From positions 290-64,289 of IMG/VR virus record IMGVR_UViG_3300043786_001845: a stretch of 64,000 bases of DNA; one strand, 5' to 3'. Shown here one piece after another: positions 36,511-45,905 of the stretch (position 1 is the first letter of the stretch; each line of letters opens with the position of its first letter). The position numbers were made by a program, and so were the translations under genes. The notes below the pieces were generated by a model. That model worked only from the letters and a program-made list of their open reading frames with translations. It searched no databases and had not been told where the DNA came from. The DNA is from a virus (lineage: Duplodnaviria > Caudoviricetes).

Positions 36511-37145
36511 GGCGTGCCCCGCTGGTGACGCGCGAAGAGCTCGGCCTGCTGGCCGTTGTAGACGCCGCTGTACAGCTTCGATGGGACCGCCGCCGTCCTG
36601 GCGAACGCGATCTGCATGACCCGCATCCCACTGCGAATCGAGTATGGGCGAGGGCCGTTGTTGCGCAGCTCGTAGGTGATCGTCCCCTGGAAGCCGGGCT
36701 GGATGAAGTCGGCGGCCGAGTGGTCGAGCCACTCGCGAGCGTACGTGCTGCGCAGGGCGAGTATTCCGACCGCGCCCGGCGGAATGCGCACGTACTCGGC
36801 GGAGTGACAGAGGAGGACCTGGTTGGGCTCGAGAAGAACCTCCACGGCCTCGCCCGGGCGGAGCTGGTCGGTCGCGTCGAACTCGACCGGGGACTGCATA
36901 GCGAGGGTCCTGGACCGCTCGGCCCCACGGACGATGTAGGCGTTCAGGGCCTGGGGGCTAGCGAAGCGAGATCCCACGCTGAGGTCGTACGAGGCCGGAC
37001 CGAGAAACTGGCTGGAGAAGGGCTCGATCAGCGGCCCCGCACCCTCGAGCGGGAGCTCTTGCCCCACGCCCTCGCCGTGAGACGGGGACCACGTCAGTGA
37101 CGGGTGCTCGCACATCTCGGCTATCTGAAAGTCAACTAGGAACAT
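36507..37145 (-). CDS. dcd: dCTP deaminase
   Basis: PASYDL, RSTYAR, A.FIQPGFQGTITYEL.N, R.MQI.F, YSG.Y.GQ. Confidence 0.88.
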   Translation of the reverse strand: MFLVDFQIAEMCEHPSLTWSPSHGEGVGQELPLEGAGPLIEPFSSQFLGPASYDLSVGSRFASPQALNAYIVRGAERSRTLAMQSPVEFDATDQLRPGEAVEVLLEPNQVLLCHSAEYVRIPPGAVGILALRSTYAREWLDHSAADFIQPGFQGTITYELRNNGPRPYSIRSGMRVMQIAFARTAAVPSKLYSGVYNGQQAELFARHQRGTP

Positions 37146-37214
37146 GGCTTCTCCTATAGAAGGGGGCGGAGCACCCGGATGGGCACTCCGCCTCGTGGAC
37201 GCGATAATAGACCG

Positions 37215-37442
37215 TCAGGCCGCCAAATTGGCGAAGCTCACGTTGGTGGCTTTCTCTTTACCGGTTTTGCCGTCGGTGCCGAGCTGGAAGGAGAGCACGT
37301 CGCCCTCGTTCACGGTCTCGATCCCGGAGCGCCGCAGGTCAGAGATGTGCAAGAATACGTCCTTGTCACCCTCGGTGCTGATAAAGCCGTATCCCTTGCT
37401 GGGTTTGAACCACTTCACTTTTCCTTGCTTGGTGTCACTCAT
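37215..37442 (-). CDS. Cold-shock domain protein
   Basis: GKVKWF...KGYGFI...DVFLHIS. Confidence 0.92.
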   Translation of the reverse strand: MSDTKQGKVKWFKPSKGYGFISTEGDKDVFLHISDLRRSGIETVNEGDVLSFQLGTDGKTGKEKATNVSFANLAA

Positions 37443-37557
37443 TGTAGCGATCTCCGCATTACGTTGATGAAATGTTTGACGCTCAGTCTTTTGTTGGCAC
37501 GCGATCGTCCCTCGTCGGTGCAGAATCTCGACTTCCTTGATCGCGCGTGCTGCTGTA

Positions 37558-37935
37558 CTACTTCCTCCACTCCTTGCACGGATTGGGGCAAATCTCGCTC
37601 ACGCAGTAGCTGGGGCTGGGGGCCGCCAGAATGCACCCCCAAGGGCGCGGCGTCTTGTCGATGCTCCAATTGTGCGGCACCGGGATGTGTTGCGCCGCCA
37701 GGGTGCAGATCTCCTGCAGCCGGTTGGAGGCCGCCATTGCCTTCGCGCTCATCTGCCGCTTCAGCTCTGCGTATTCTTCCTCGTTCAGTAAATACTGCAT
37801 GGTCTTCTTCTCCTCTACTTCGAGCGCCGGCAACAGCGCGTTCCTGATGCGCTCGCGAAGTTGCTGCGTGTAACCATACTTCTTGGCGACACGCGTCAGC
37901 TCGTCTACCAACTGGCGCTTTTCATGGTCCAACAT
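37558..37935 (-). CDS. Hypothetical protein, Cys-rich C-terminus
   Basis: From MLDHEKR in a run of small genes. Confidence 0.55.
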   Translation of the reverse strand: MLDHEKRQLVDELTRVAKKYGYTQQLRERIRNALLPALEVEEKKTMQYLLNEEEYAELKRQMSAKAMAASNRLQEICTLAAQHIPVPHNWSIDKTPRPWGCILAAPSPSYCVSEICPNPCKEWRK

Positions 37936-37945
37936 GTTTCGCGTC

Positions 37946-38161
37946 CTAGTGTCCCAGCGCGCCAGCCGCCGTTTCCTCAAGCATGTCCAGGTCGGTGTCC
38001 AATACTTCACACCACACGGGTCTCGGGTCACCGATCTTCGCGAACTGGTGCCAATAGCCATTACCGCTCCAGTTCTTACCCAGGTAGATAAGCCGATCCG
38101 GCTGGCCCTTCCAGTTGTAGTGACCGCCGCGCTTCATCACCTCGGGCGTCAGGTTGCTCAT
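37946..38161 (-). CDS. Small hypothetical phage protein
   Basis: GG.YNWK.Q..RL.Y.G...WHQF...VWCEV; AAGGAG RBS. Confidence 0.65.
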   Translation of the reverse strand: MSNLTPEVMKRGGHYNWKGQPDRLIYLGKNWSGNGYWHQFAKIGDPRPVWCEVLDTDLDMLEETAAGALGH

Positions 38162-38202
38162 CTTCAGTCTCCTTGTTCTGCCACAAAGTGGTAGACACTT
38201 CG

Positions 38203-38436
38203 TCAGAGAAAGCGTGCCGAGACGGCCGCGATGGCCGCCATGTCCACGACCGTGCGGCAAATCTCTTCGGTGCCGTCATCGTCACGGACATACGCGTCCA
38301 TGACGATGTAGTCATCGTCAAGGAGTGTAAGCGGTCCCTCGAGGACCGCCCCACCGATGAGCGTGACCCTGAGGTCGTACGCCGCCCCATCCTGGTCCAT
38401 CGGACCAACGAGCGCGGCCAGTCCGGTCGGGCTCAC
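38203..38436 (-). CDS. Small hypothetical protein
   Basis: GTG start overlapping the upstream stop. Confidence 0.5.
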   Translation of the reverse strand: MSPTGLAALVGPMDQDGAAYDLRVTLIGGAVLEGPLTLLDDDYIVMDAYVRDDDGTEEICRTVVDMAAIAAVSARFL

Positions 38437-38735
38437 TGCTGCCCCCCGCCCGACTGCACTCGATAGAAACTGCATGGCGGGGCATCCGTCTGGGTCTGGA
38501 CCTTGATTTTCTCGCGCACGGCGTCCCATGGCGTCTTGAGGGTCGCGTCGGTGTAGACTTGGCCGAGCCCGGTTGTCTCGAGGTACTCGAGGACATCGTT
38601 GAAGGTCTTGAAGAAGCGCGGCGTCTTCCCGTCCTTAATGGTCTTCCAATAGAGCCCGGCGAACCCCTCCAGCTCTATCTGCCAGGCGCCGGCAGTGGTG
38701 TTGAATCGGGCACGCAAAATTGTTCTTCCACTCAT
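38433..38735 (-). CDS. Hypothetical protein
   Basis: 100 aa, GAGG RBS. Confidence 0.6.
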   Translation of the reverse strand: MSGRTILRARFNTTAGAWQIELEGFAGLYWKTIKDGKTPRFFKTFNDVLEYLETTGLGQVYTDATLKTPWDAVREKIKVQTQTDAPPCSFYRVQSGGGQQ

Positions 38736-38764
38736 TCTTATTCCTCTCTAGATAAAGTAAGGCT

Positions 38765-39025
38765 CTACGGAGCGCCAGTCTCAGACCCGGGTTTGCACTC
38801 TGCACGCATGGCTTCGCGGAACTCCACGGTGCGCGTCACGTCTCCGTCATGTGTATAGGCACCGAACGTCGCACATATTTCCACAGCCGCGCTTTCCTGC
38901 CCGGCATCAACGGGATAGATCCTCACCCCGCCGACTGTCTCCCCGCACTCAATACCCGCATCGCGCAGCGCATCACGCAGCGCGATGACCACTGCGTACT
39001 TGAGACGCATCGTTTCAGCAATCAT
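38765..39025 (-). CDS. Hypothetical protein
   Basis: 86 aa, AAGGAG RBS. Confidence 0.6.
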   Translation of the reverse strand: MIAETMRLKYAVVIALRDALRDAGIECGETVGGVRIYPVDAGQESAAVEICATFGAYTHDGDVTRTVEFREAMRAECKPGSETGAP

Positions 39026-39086
39026 CGATTCACTCCTTGGAGGTATCTAACCGCCAATGTCAAATCTCCCGCCGCGCACCCCTGCT

Positions 39087-39539
39087 TCAGTAGGTGTCGA
39101 CGTCTATGGCGTGCTGAATCACTTCGACGCCTGAACCGGCCGTCAATAGGCCATCGCCGACTGCGCGCTCGCACTCTCTGTGCACTGCCGCCTCCATGAC
39201 GGCGATGTCCTCTCCGTTCAGATCGTACTCGACGTCGATGATGATGCGCAGCCTGGAGTGTGGCGGATGGGGGATCGGGCCACCACCCTCGATGTGCACG
39301 TCCCTCTCCAGAAATAGCGCCCCGCTATCAGTAACGAATACGCGTCCGAGACCGTTGTCGTGGTTCACCGGCTTCTGCGAGTTCCAATCGATGCGCGTCT
39401 CTCCCTCGTATACGATATCCATGGTTCCACCATCCTCAGTGACTCCGAGGATGCCGGCGACTCCGAGGACCGTGTCGAGAGTTCCGACGATCTTCTCGCC
39501 GTTAGGTCCTACAAGCGTTTTGACTTCCAGTTCAGGCAT
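39087..39539 (-). CDS. Hypothetical protein
   Basis: 150 aa, TAAGGA RBS. Confidence 0.65.
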   Translation of the reverse strand: MPELEVKTLVGPNGEKIVGTLDTVLGVAGILGVTEDGGTMDIVYEGETRIDWNSQKPVNHDNGLGRVFVTDSGALFLERDVHIEGGGPIPHPPHSRLRIIIDVEYDLNGEDIAVMEAAVHRECERAVGDGLLTAGSGVEVIQHAIDVDTY

Positions 39540-39576
39540 TCCTTACTCCAATCAGATAATGCGAAATTATGGTCAC

Positions 39577-40671
39577 TCACACCTTCACCTGGACCCGGCG
39601 TATGAATTCCCGCCGGACACCCATGTCCTTGACGGGCTGACCCTTGTGGTCCACCCCTGCGAAGGTGTTTTGAAAGACGCGCATGCGAAAGCCGGGGGTG
39701 CGAAAGAACGGACTCGCGCCGGGGATTCGCCTGACGCGTTCCAGCATTCCGGACTCACGGTCAATGTACAGATCGACGTCGAGCGTGAGCAGGCCGGCGG
39801 CCGTCACCTGGCGGAGTATCGTCTCGTGGCTCGCGCCGCAGGTCGCCAGCCCGACGAAGTCCGGCTCCCAACGCTTCTCAGTATAGAACACACGCTCCGT
39901 CTGGATCAGGTCAATGATGCCCTCGGTCACGACGACGCGGTGCGACGGTGCGAGCAGGCTGACGTCCGCGCGGCAGGCGAATGACTTGCTACCCTCCCAC
40001 TCGGGCCAGACGCGATAGTTGGTGTAGCGGCGACCCCTGTGGTTCGGGTCTACCGAACGAAAGATGACGTACGACTCGTCTGAAGACAAGAACCCCACGC
40101 AAGTCTCGTTCAGGCGGTCAGCCTCCCGCTGAGACTGGGTTAGAGACCCTACCCCGTTCGCCTCGAGGAAACCATAGAGACCGCACGCGATGATCTTGTA
40201 GCGCTGGATTTCAGCATGGCTCAGTGGATCGCCACCGATTCGATCCTCGATGTACTCCAGAGCCATGAGGTCCAGCGGATCGCTCCTGCTCGGTTCTGGG
40301 ATCACCAATCTGCCGGCCCCCGGCCCCAGGGTCGCAGCCTGCCTGCGCTTGGATCTACCGGAGCGGCGCTCCGCCTTCTCTACCTCTCGCACGTAGACGG
40401 CCGCGTCCCGCTCGGCGGCTCCGAGTCCGTCCAGAATCTCGACGGTCAGGTGTCCGCCCTTCGCGCCGCACCTCTGGCACATGTACGGATGGGGCGGGGT
40501 CAGGCTCAGGTAGAAATGGTGGTGGAGGGCATTCTTCGTGCTGTCGCCGCATATCGGACACCGCGTCGAAATCTCGCCATTCCTGACGAAACAGGGGCGC
40601 CCCGACCGCTCGACGGCCGCCACCACCGCTTCTATCCCCCCGCTCACGAGCTGGAGTCCTCCAGCTCCCAC
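39577..40671 (-). CDS. DNA primase (Zn finger + TOPRIM)
   Basis: RCPICGDS...H.Y...CQRCG; RYTNY; VVTEGIIDL; DLYID. Start uncertain. Confidence 0.8.
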   Translation of the reverse strand: MGAGGLQLVSGGIEAVVAAVERSGRPCFVRNGEISTRCPICGDSTKNALHHHFYLSLTPPHPYMCQRCGAKGGHLTVEILDGLGAAERDAAVYVREVEKAERRSGRSKRRQAATLGPGAGRLVIPEPSRSDPLDLMALEYIEDRIGGDPLSHAEIQRYKIIACGLYGFLEANGVGSLTQSQREADRLNETCVGFLSSDESYVIFRSVDPNHRGRRYTNYRVWPEWEGSKSFACRADVSLLAPSHRVVVTEGIIDLIQTERVFYTEKRWEPDFVGLATCGASHETILRQVTAAGLLTLDVDLYIDRESGMLERVRRIPGASPFFRTPGFRMRVFQNTFAGVDHKGQPVKDMGVRREFIRRVQVKV

Positions 40672-40982
40672 CAGGAGAAGGTGACGCCGGCGACGGACCT
40701 GCCATCCGCGTTGTCCACGCCGATCTCGAACGCGGCCTCTTTGGGGATGTCGATTTGAGCTTCAGCAATCACCTTACATTGCTCTTTCAGCAAGTCAAAT
40801 TGGACATGCAGGACTCCTGGAGTGTCGGCTGTTTTCCCGATGACCACACGTACGGATCGCCCGTGCTTGTTTTCTGGTAACATCAGCGTGCCCGCCCTCG
40901 CTGCCCTCGCCGCCTCGCGCACCTCAGTGCGGCTCAGGAGCACACGTACCAGAGTGCCGTGCTTACGGCGTTCTATTCTCAC
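40644..40982 (-). CDS. Hypothetical protein
   Basis: 112 aa, GTG start after TAAGGAG. Confidence 0.55.
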   Translation of the reverse strand: MRIERRKHGTLVRVLLSRTEVREAARAARAGTLMLPENKHGRSVRVVIGKTADTPGVLHVQFDLLKEQCKVIAEAQIDIPKEAAFEIGVDNADGRSVAGVTFSWWELEDSSS

Positions 40983-41046
40983 TTGAATCTCCTTAATTTG
41001 GACCCTCCAACTTTCGCCGGAGGGTCCGATGTGAGTCGATGGATGA

Positions 41047-42540
41047 TCAGCGAACGCCGACCGAATGTGCGGCGAACCGCAGTACCTCCTGGGCCACAGT
41101 CTCGATACGATGCTCGACGATGCGGTGGTCGGGCTCGCACCCGCGTTCAGGTAGGCTCTCGAACACGCCGCTGTGAACGGCTCCGATCATCTCGATGATC
41201 ACGCCGCTGTCGATGATGGACTGGCTGGTCTGCCCATACAGGCTACCGAGCAATTCCTTGTATTGGGCACTGTCCATGAACTCCCGGATGAACTTCTTCC
41301 GACTCAGCAGGCGCCGACCGTCGGCGGCCTCGACTACGCGCGCCCCGGCGTAGTCGTAGAGCGCCGGGAAGTCATTCACTGCCAGCCAGTGTCGCACAGT
41401 GAGGAGCATCCGGACGTAGTCATTGATCGTTCGCGTCTTGATCATGTCGATGCGGCCGACCTTGGGGGCGAAGAACTTCGCCACAAGGCCTCGCTGCCAC
41501 GAGCTTATACCGCTCTCACGGAGAACCGTGGACCAGTGCAGGACGTCCTCAGCGTCTGGTTGCCAGTGCAGCTCCCGGTACGTCCCGTGGAGGGCTGAAA
41601 CGAACACCACATCTCCAAGGACGGCGAGACCCTCGTCCTTGCGCACGAGCTCGGTCTCCAGGTGCTCCATCGCACCGACGCCCTCTCCGTCCATCACGTC
41701 AGGTCTCACCGGCTTGTAGTGCATCCCGAACTTGGCCGTGAACTGGAACTTGATCTGGTTCTTCAAGAATGCCTGGAAGAACTTGATGATGTTCGTCCCC
41801 TGCTCCAGCTTCGGAATGCCCTCCGCGATGAATTTGCGGAAGAGACGGTCGATGAAGATCTGCGGGTCCACGGCGATGTTGCGCAGGTAGTTCCACATCA
41901 CCTTGTCGGAGTACCGGGTCTGAAGGACTCGCGACTCCACCAATTTCTTGATCTTGGCGAAGATGTCCACGCTACCGTCAGCCGGCTCGAAGCGAGCCAG
42001 CAGGGCACCGAAGCAGCTGACGATGACGCCGACGGAGTCGCGCGCTTGAATGTCGCGCTCGTCCATGAATGCCGTGATGACCGGCACTATCGCCACGCAG
42101 GCGTACGACCAGCGCAGTATGATGAGGGCGTGCTCGTTCGTGAATTGCAATTCCTCATTGTTGCGCCCGTCGTGCTCCGTGTCGATGTCAATTCCCTCGT
42201 CCTCGTACACGGCGTCGACGATGCCCGCGATGCGGGCCACCGTCGCGTGGTCGAAGAGGTCGCACATCCTCTCCGGCAGCTGATCGTCGGAGATGAAATC
42301 GGGGTCGTCGGGCGGCATCGCCATGTCAAAACGAAGGGCGAGGAGCCCCCATGTGAAGTCCTCGTCCTCCGTCAGCCTCTCCAGCGCGTCCTTGCTCCGC
42401 TCCGCCAGGCCAAGGAAGTTACGCTTCCTCGCCATCGGGAAATGGCAGTGGTCTTCGATGTTTCTCCGGAAGTGCCCCGCGAAGTCGATGTGGATACCAC
42501 CTTCGACTAGTGTCACTACCGGCCTGCTCGTTCCATCCAT
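41047..42540 (-). CDS. Sigma-like promoter-specificity subunit of non-virion RNAP (AR9 gp226-like)
   Basis: Collinear blocks match my recollection of gp226: NEELQFT, SRVLQTRYSDKVMWNYLRN, FTAKFGMHYKP, RKKF...S..Y..LL, AQEVL. Two genes from the chaperonin, as for AR9 gp226/gp228. Confidence 0.7.
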   Translation of the reverse strand: MDGTSRPVVTLVEGGIHIDFAGHFRRNIEDHCHFPMARKRNFLGLAERSKDALERLTEDEDFTWGLLALRFDMAMPPDDPDFISDDQLPERMCDLFDHATVARIAGIVDAVYEDEGIDIDTEHDGRNNEELQFTNEHALIILRWSYACVAIVPVITAFMDERDIQARDSVGVIVSCFGALLARFEPADGSVDIFAKIKKLVESRVLQTRYSDKVMWNYLRNIAVDPQIFIDRLFRKFIAEGIPKLEQGTNIIKFFQAFLKNQIKFQFTAKFGMHYKPVRPDVMDGEGVGAMEHLETELVRKDEGLAVLGDVVFVSALHGTYRELHWQPDAEDVLHWSTVLRESGISSWQRGLVAKFFAPKVGRIDMIKTRTINDYVRMLLTVRHWLAVNDFPALYDYAGARVVEAADGRRLLSRKKFIREFMDSAQYKELLGSLYGQTSQSIIDSGVIIEMIGAVHSGVFESLPERGCEPDHRIVEHRIETVAQEVLRFAAHSVGVR

Positions 42541-42608
42541 TTGTTTTCCTTCAATGGTCTTCTGGTTGATGGGATATCGAAGAAATTATATCCGCGCGAA
42601 GCCGGTCT

Positions 42609-43406
42609 TCAGATTTTCTTCCTGGGGCGCCCAGACCCGACGCTGCGCACGCGCTTGGCGGCGAGAGCCTGACGGCCGACCTTCGCGGCCTTCCCGGTCT
42701 TGGCCGTGCCCTGCTTGACGGCGGACTCGAGGGCTCGGTCGGCAGCCGCCTTCCGAACTGCCGCCGCCTTGGCAGAGCGCGCGGCCGCGACTGCCTTTTC
42801 TCTCTCGCGCTCGTACTCGAACATCTTCGCCTCCGCGGACAGGGACGAGTCGCGCGGATCGGGCGGCTGCGACTTCCGGACTGCCTCGAGGTCTGCAAGC
42901 GTGACTAGCCCGCCTGGCCCGTTCAGATACATGATGGCCTTGTGAGTCACCTTGTCAAATCCGTATTGCAGATCCTTGTTGACGCTCGACGGCGGCTCGA
43001 CGGCGGCTCGACCAAGCGCCCCCTTCCAGCCTCGGGCGAGAAGGTCGGTCTTGGTTGCGACGTACCCGAGCGTGAAGACCCAGCTCGGAGAGTTGCAGTA
43101 CAATCGGACGGCCGCCGACATGACCGATCGAACGCCGTCGCCGAATGACAGTACCAGCACTACGTCGTATTCGATGTCGTACTTCTCCGACGGAACCTTG
43201 ACCCACACCGTGTACGCGCCGTCGCCGGCCTCCGAGACGGAGAGCTTGTACCGGGGCCGGACAGCCGCGTCCGCGATCGATTCTCTGTACTTCCTGTCGA
43301 GCGCGTCGCGCAGCATGTACCGCGCGCCGACGTTACGCGTGCCCTTTCCGGGCGGGTTGGTCACGAGATCGCGGAGCGTGACCGGGGCCGGTGTTATCTG
43401 GGACAT
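42609..43406 (-). CDS. Hypothetical protein with basic C-terminal tail
   Basis: VPSE..YDVVL...RLYCNSPSWVFT; lies between the chaperonin and the sigma-like gene. Confidence 0.65.
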   Translation of the reverse strand: MSQITPAPVTLRDLVTNPPGKGTRNVGARYMLRDALDRKYRESIADAAVRPRYKLSVSEAGDGAYTVWVKVPSEKYDIEYDVVLVLSFGDGVRSVMSAAVRLYCNSPSWVFTLGYVATKTDLLARGWKGALGRAAVEPPSSVNKDLQYGFDKVTHKAIMYLNGPGGLVTLADLEAVRKSQPPDPRDSSLSAEAKMFEYEREREKAVAAARSAKAAAVRKAAADRALESAVKQGTAKTGKAAKVGRQALAAKRVRSVGSGRPRKKI

Positions 43407-43410
43407 CGGG

Positions 43411-45225
43411 TTAGTCCAGGCCGCCGCCGGCGACGGGTCTGGTCAGCACGATCTGGTTGCTGGAGATGAACAGGGACACGATGCTGGCTGCACCGCGGAG
43501 CACTTCCACGTCAGTGTCCACCGGGTTGATGACCTGCGTCCCCTTGACTGGCGAGTACGTCCGAGTGAGGGCGTTGTAGGCCACGCCGTCCCGGACGCAC
43601 TGCGCGATTACAGCCTGCGGATTATCGATGCCGGCATTGACCAAAACACGAGATGCGGCTTCGATATAGGCATTGTAGAACGCCTGCAGCGTCGCGAGAG
43701 CGAGGGTCTCGCACTCTGCCTCCGGGAGATTCGTGCGCAGCGAAATGCGATGGCCGACGTCGTCCGCGACGGCGTCGTCCGTGTAGAGAATGCGGACGGC
43801 AGTCATCCCCATCCCCTCGACGGTGCCGGACGAAATAGCAGCGCGAACGGCCAGGACGGCATCATCGATGAGAAATGCCAGGGCGCGTCGCTCCTGCTCG
43901 GTTGGGCCGCCCACAGCGACGGTCACCTGGGAGCCCTGGAGGGCGCGGATTCTCGATCGCAGTTCATGGATCTCCTCCGACAGTGCCTCGGCATTGTTGG
44001 ACTCGTCCAGCCTGATGAGCTGCGCACCAAGTTCGGTCGCCCGCGCGTCCGCCCCGGCAGTCGTCTCGCTGCCGAACGAGAACACGGTCTCGGAGCGCGT
44101 CGACTTGGCCGCGCGCGCAAAGCCGCAACATGACAGCACGTTGTACTCTTCGGTCGGGCAGTTGTCCCGCGTGATCACGGAGGCGCCGAGGACCGCGGCG
44201 AGATCGCCGAGACGGGCACGCGCCCCCCTCGTGCTCCCGGAATGGTCCACGAGGAGAATCTTGGCGGATGGTGTCTCCGAGCGGAATTTTGAGATGGCCG
44301 CCACGACGTCGTCCGTGAACTGGTGAGACACGGCCACAAAGGCCCGCCCGTCCGTCAGGCAGCGGTTCATCGCCATCGCCACGACCCTGTTGAACATGGG
44401 CTGGTCCACGATGAGATCCAGCACGAGCACGACGGCATCGGTGAGGCGACAAACCGTCGGAGTGACGCCGTCGGGCCCGACCTCGTTGGCGAAGCAGTCG
44501 TGGACCATCCCGCGCAGCACGCGGAACCCGGCCTCCGGTACGATCTGGATGCCCCTTTCCGATTGAGAGGTTGTCACGTTCACGCCGACGTCGGATCCGT
44601 ACTCGCTGTACAGCGCCGCTATCAGCTTCCCAACTTCGGGATCATTGTTGGCGGAGATGGTGGCAACTGCACCAACTGTCTCGTCGGTGGTGCTGAGAGC
44701 CGCCTTGCCGATACGCTCAGCGAGGCTGTCGGCGACGGCGCCGATGGCGGCCTGGATGGAGCCCGGGGCGAAGCGCTGTGAGACTCTGCTTTCGAGGAGG
44801 GAGGAGTAGAGCGCGTCTGCCATCACGACCGCGCTGGTGGAGCCATCCCCTACCTTCCGGACCATGGCGCGGCTGACGGACCGCACGTGATCCAGAACCA
44901 TCGTGGCGGTCTCCTGGACGTACGTCAGTCGTTGAAGGACGGTGTAGCCGTCCTTGGTGGCGAAGTGGTCGCCTCCCTCGTCACGCACCAGGACGTTGGC
45001 GCCGCCTGGGCCGAGAGTCCGGCCGACGGTGTCGGCCACGGCGGAGAGGGCGGATGAGACGGCCTCAATGTGATCCTGCCCGGAAAGCACATTGCCGCGC
45101 GGAGGCACAGCTCGGCTCGTCTTTGTCTCGCCCACCAGAGGGCGGGCGGCGAGAGCCAGCGCCTCCTCCAGGTGGCTGCCGGCGGCCGGCCGAATGTGTG
45201 CGCTGTCCTTCATATGTATCTCCAT
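43411..45225 (-). CDS. GroEL-like phage chaperonin
   Basis: TLGPGG, TKDGYTV, VGDGSTSA, VATISANND, IDDAVLA.RAA, VINP. Confidence 0.92.
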   Translation of the reverse strand: MEIHMKDSAHIRPAAGSHLEEALALAARPLVGETKTSRAVPPRGNVLSGQDHIEAVSSALSAVADTVGRTLGPGGANVLVRDEGGDHFATKDGYTVLQRLTYVQETATMVLDHVRSVSRAMVRKVGDGSTSAVVMADALYSSLLESRVSQRFAPGSIQAAIGAVADSLAERIGKAALSTTDETVGAVATISANNDPEVGKLIAALYSEYGSDVGVNVTTSQSERGIQIVPEAGFRVLRGMVHDCFANEVGPDGVTPTVCRLTDAVVLVLDLIVDQPMFNRVVAMAMNRCLTDGRAFVAVSHQFTDDVVAAISKFRSETPSAKILLVDHSGSTRGARARLGDLAAVLGASVITRDNCPTEEYNVLSCCGFARAAKSTRSETVFSFGSETTAGADARATELGAQLIRLDESNNAEALSEEIHELRSRIRALQGSQVTVAVGGPTEQERRALAFLIDDAVLAVRAAISSGTVEGMGMTAVRILYTDDAVADDVGHRISLRTNLPEAECETLALATLQAFYNAYIEAASRVLVNAGIDNPQAVIAQCVRDGVAYNALTRTYSPVKGTQVINPVDTDVEVLRGAASIVSLFISSNQIVLTRPVAGGGLD

Positions 45226-45270
45226 CGTGGAAAGAACTATCGATTGATAGTTCTTTCTGATTTAAGAATG

Positions 45271-45304
45271 AAAAGGAGAATCGCCAAGTGGCGATCCTCC
45301 TTTC
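45271..45304 (-). terminator. Intrinsic terminator
   Basis: AAAGGAGAATCGCCA...TGGCGATCCTCCTTT hairpin with flanking A/T runs. Confidence 0.6.
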
Positions 45305-45322
45305 TTAATAGGCAGTTGAAAG

Positions 45323-45652
45323 CTAGACTGCAATGGCGACATCCAAAATTCTCCCTGTGGAGAGAACTTTCACCTTGGCCGCACGGAACTCGCAGACGCC
45401 GTCCGGGACGCCGTCCGGGATGACTTCCATGACTTCCACAATCAGCCCGAGGTCGACGAAACCGCAGATCACTTCGATCTCGCCCTCCAAGCGGATTAAT
45501 GGTTCGAGGACCTCCTCGAACAGCCGGCGGGCATTGCGCCGGAAACGGCCGGCGCGCATGAAGTTCGCGTCGCCGTGCAACTGCTGGAGATTGTCATCAG
45601 GAAAGGTCGTCAGCTCCCGGAGGACTGCGTCCCAAGTCGTATCGAGTTTCAT
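45323..45652 (-). CDS. Hypothetical protein
   Basis: 109-aa ORF. Confidence 0.55.
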   Translation of the reverse strand: MKLDTTWDAVLRELTTFPDDNLQQLHGDANFMRAGRFRRNARRLFEEVLEPLIRLEGEIEVICGFVDLGLIVEVMEVIPDGVPDGVCEFRAAKVKVLSTGRILDVAIAV

Positions 45653-45666
45653 GGTGGGTCTTAGTC

Positions 45667-45905
45667 CTAGTAAATCTGGCCTTTCTTATTGAGCTTTTCC
45701 ATCTCTCTGGCAGCTCTCTGCGCCTTGCTCTTGCTTTCCTCCAGTCGGATCTTGGCTCTGACGAGATCCATCACGAAGGGAAGCTCCATTTTCATCACCT
45801 GCTCCGGGCTAAGGGCTCCCTCGAGCACGTCGAGCACGCTGACCACGAAGTCAGCGTGCCGATGACGTGCCTGAGTTACTCCTTCTCCCGGAGCTTGATA
45901 AAAAG
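45667..45905 (-). CDS. -1-frame extension of the tail/baseplate assembly chaperone
   Basis: Open -1 frame from CTTTTTA (45899-45905) to TAG 45667: ...YQAPGEGV...VLDVLEGALSPEQVMKMELPF...; no clear start of its own. Confidence 0.55.
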
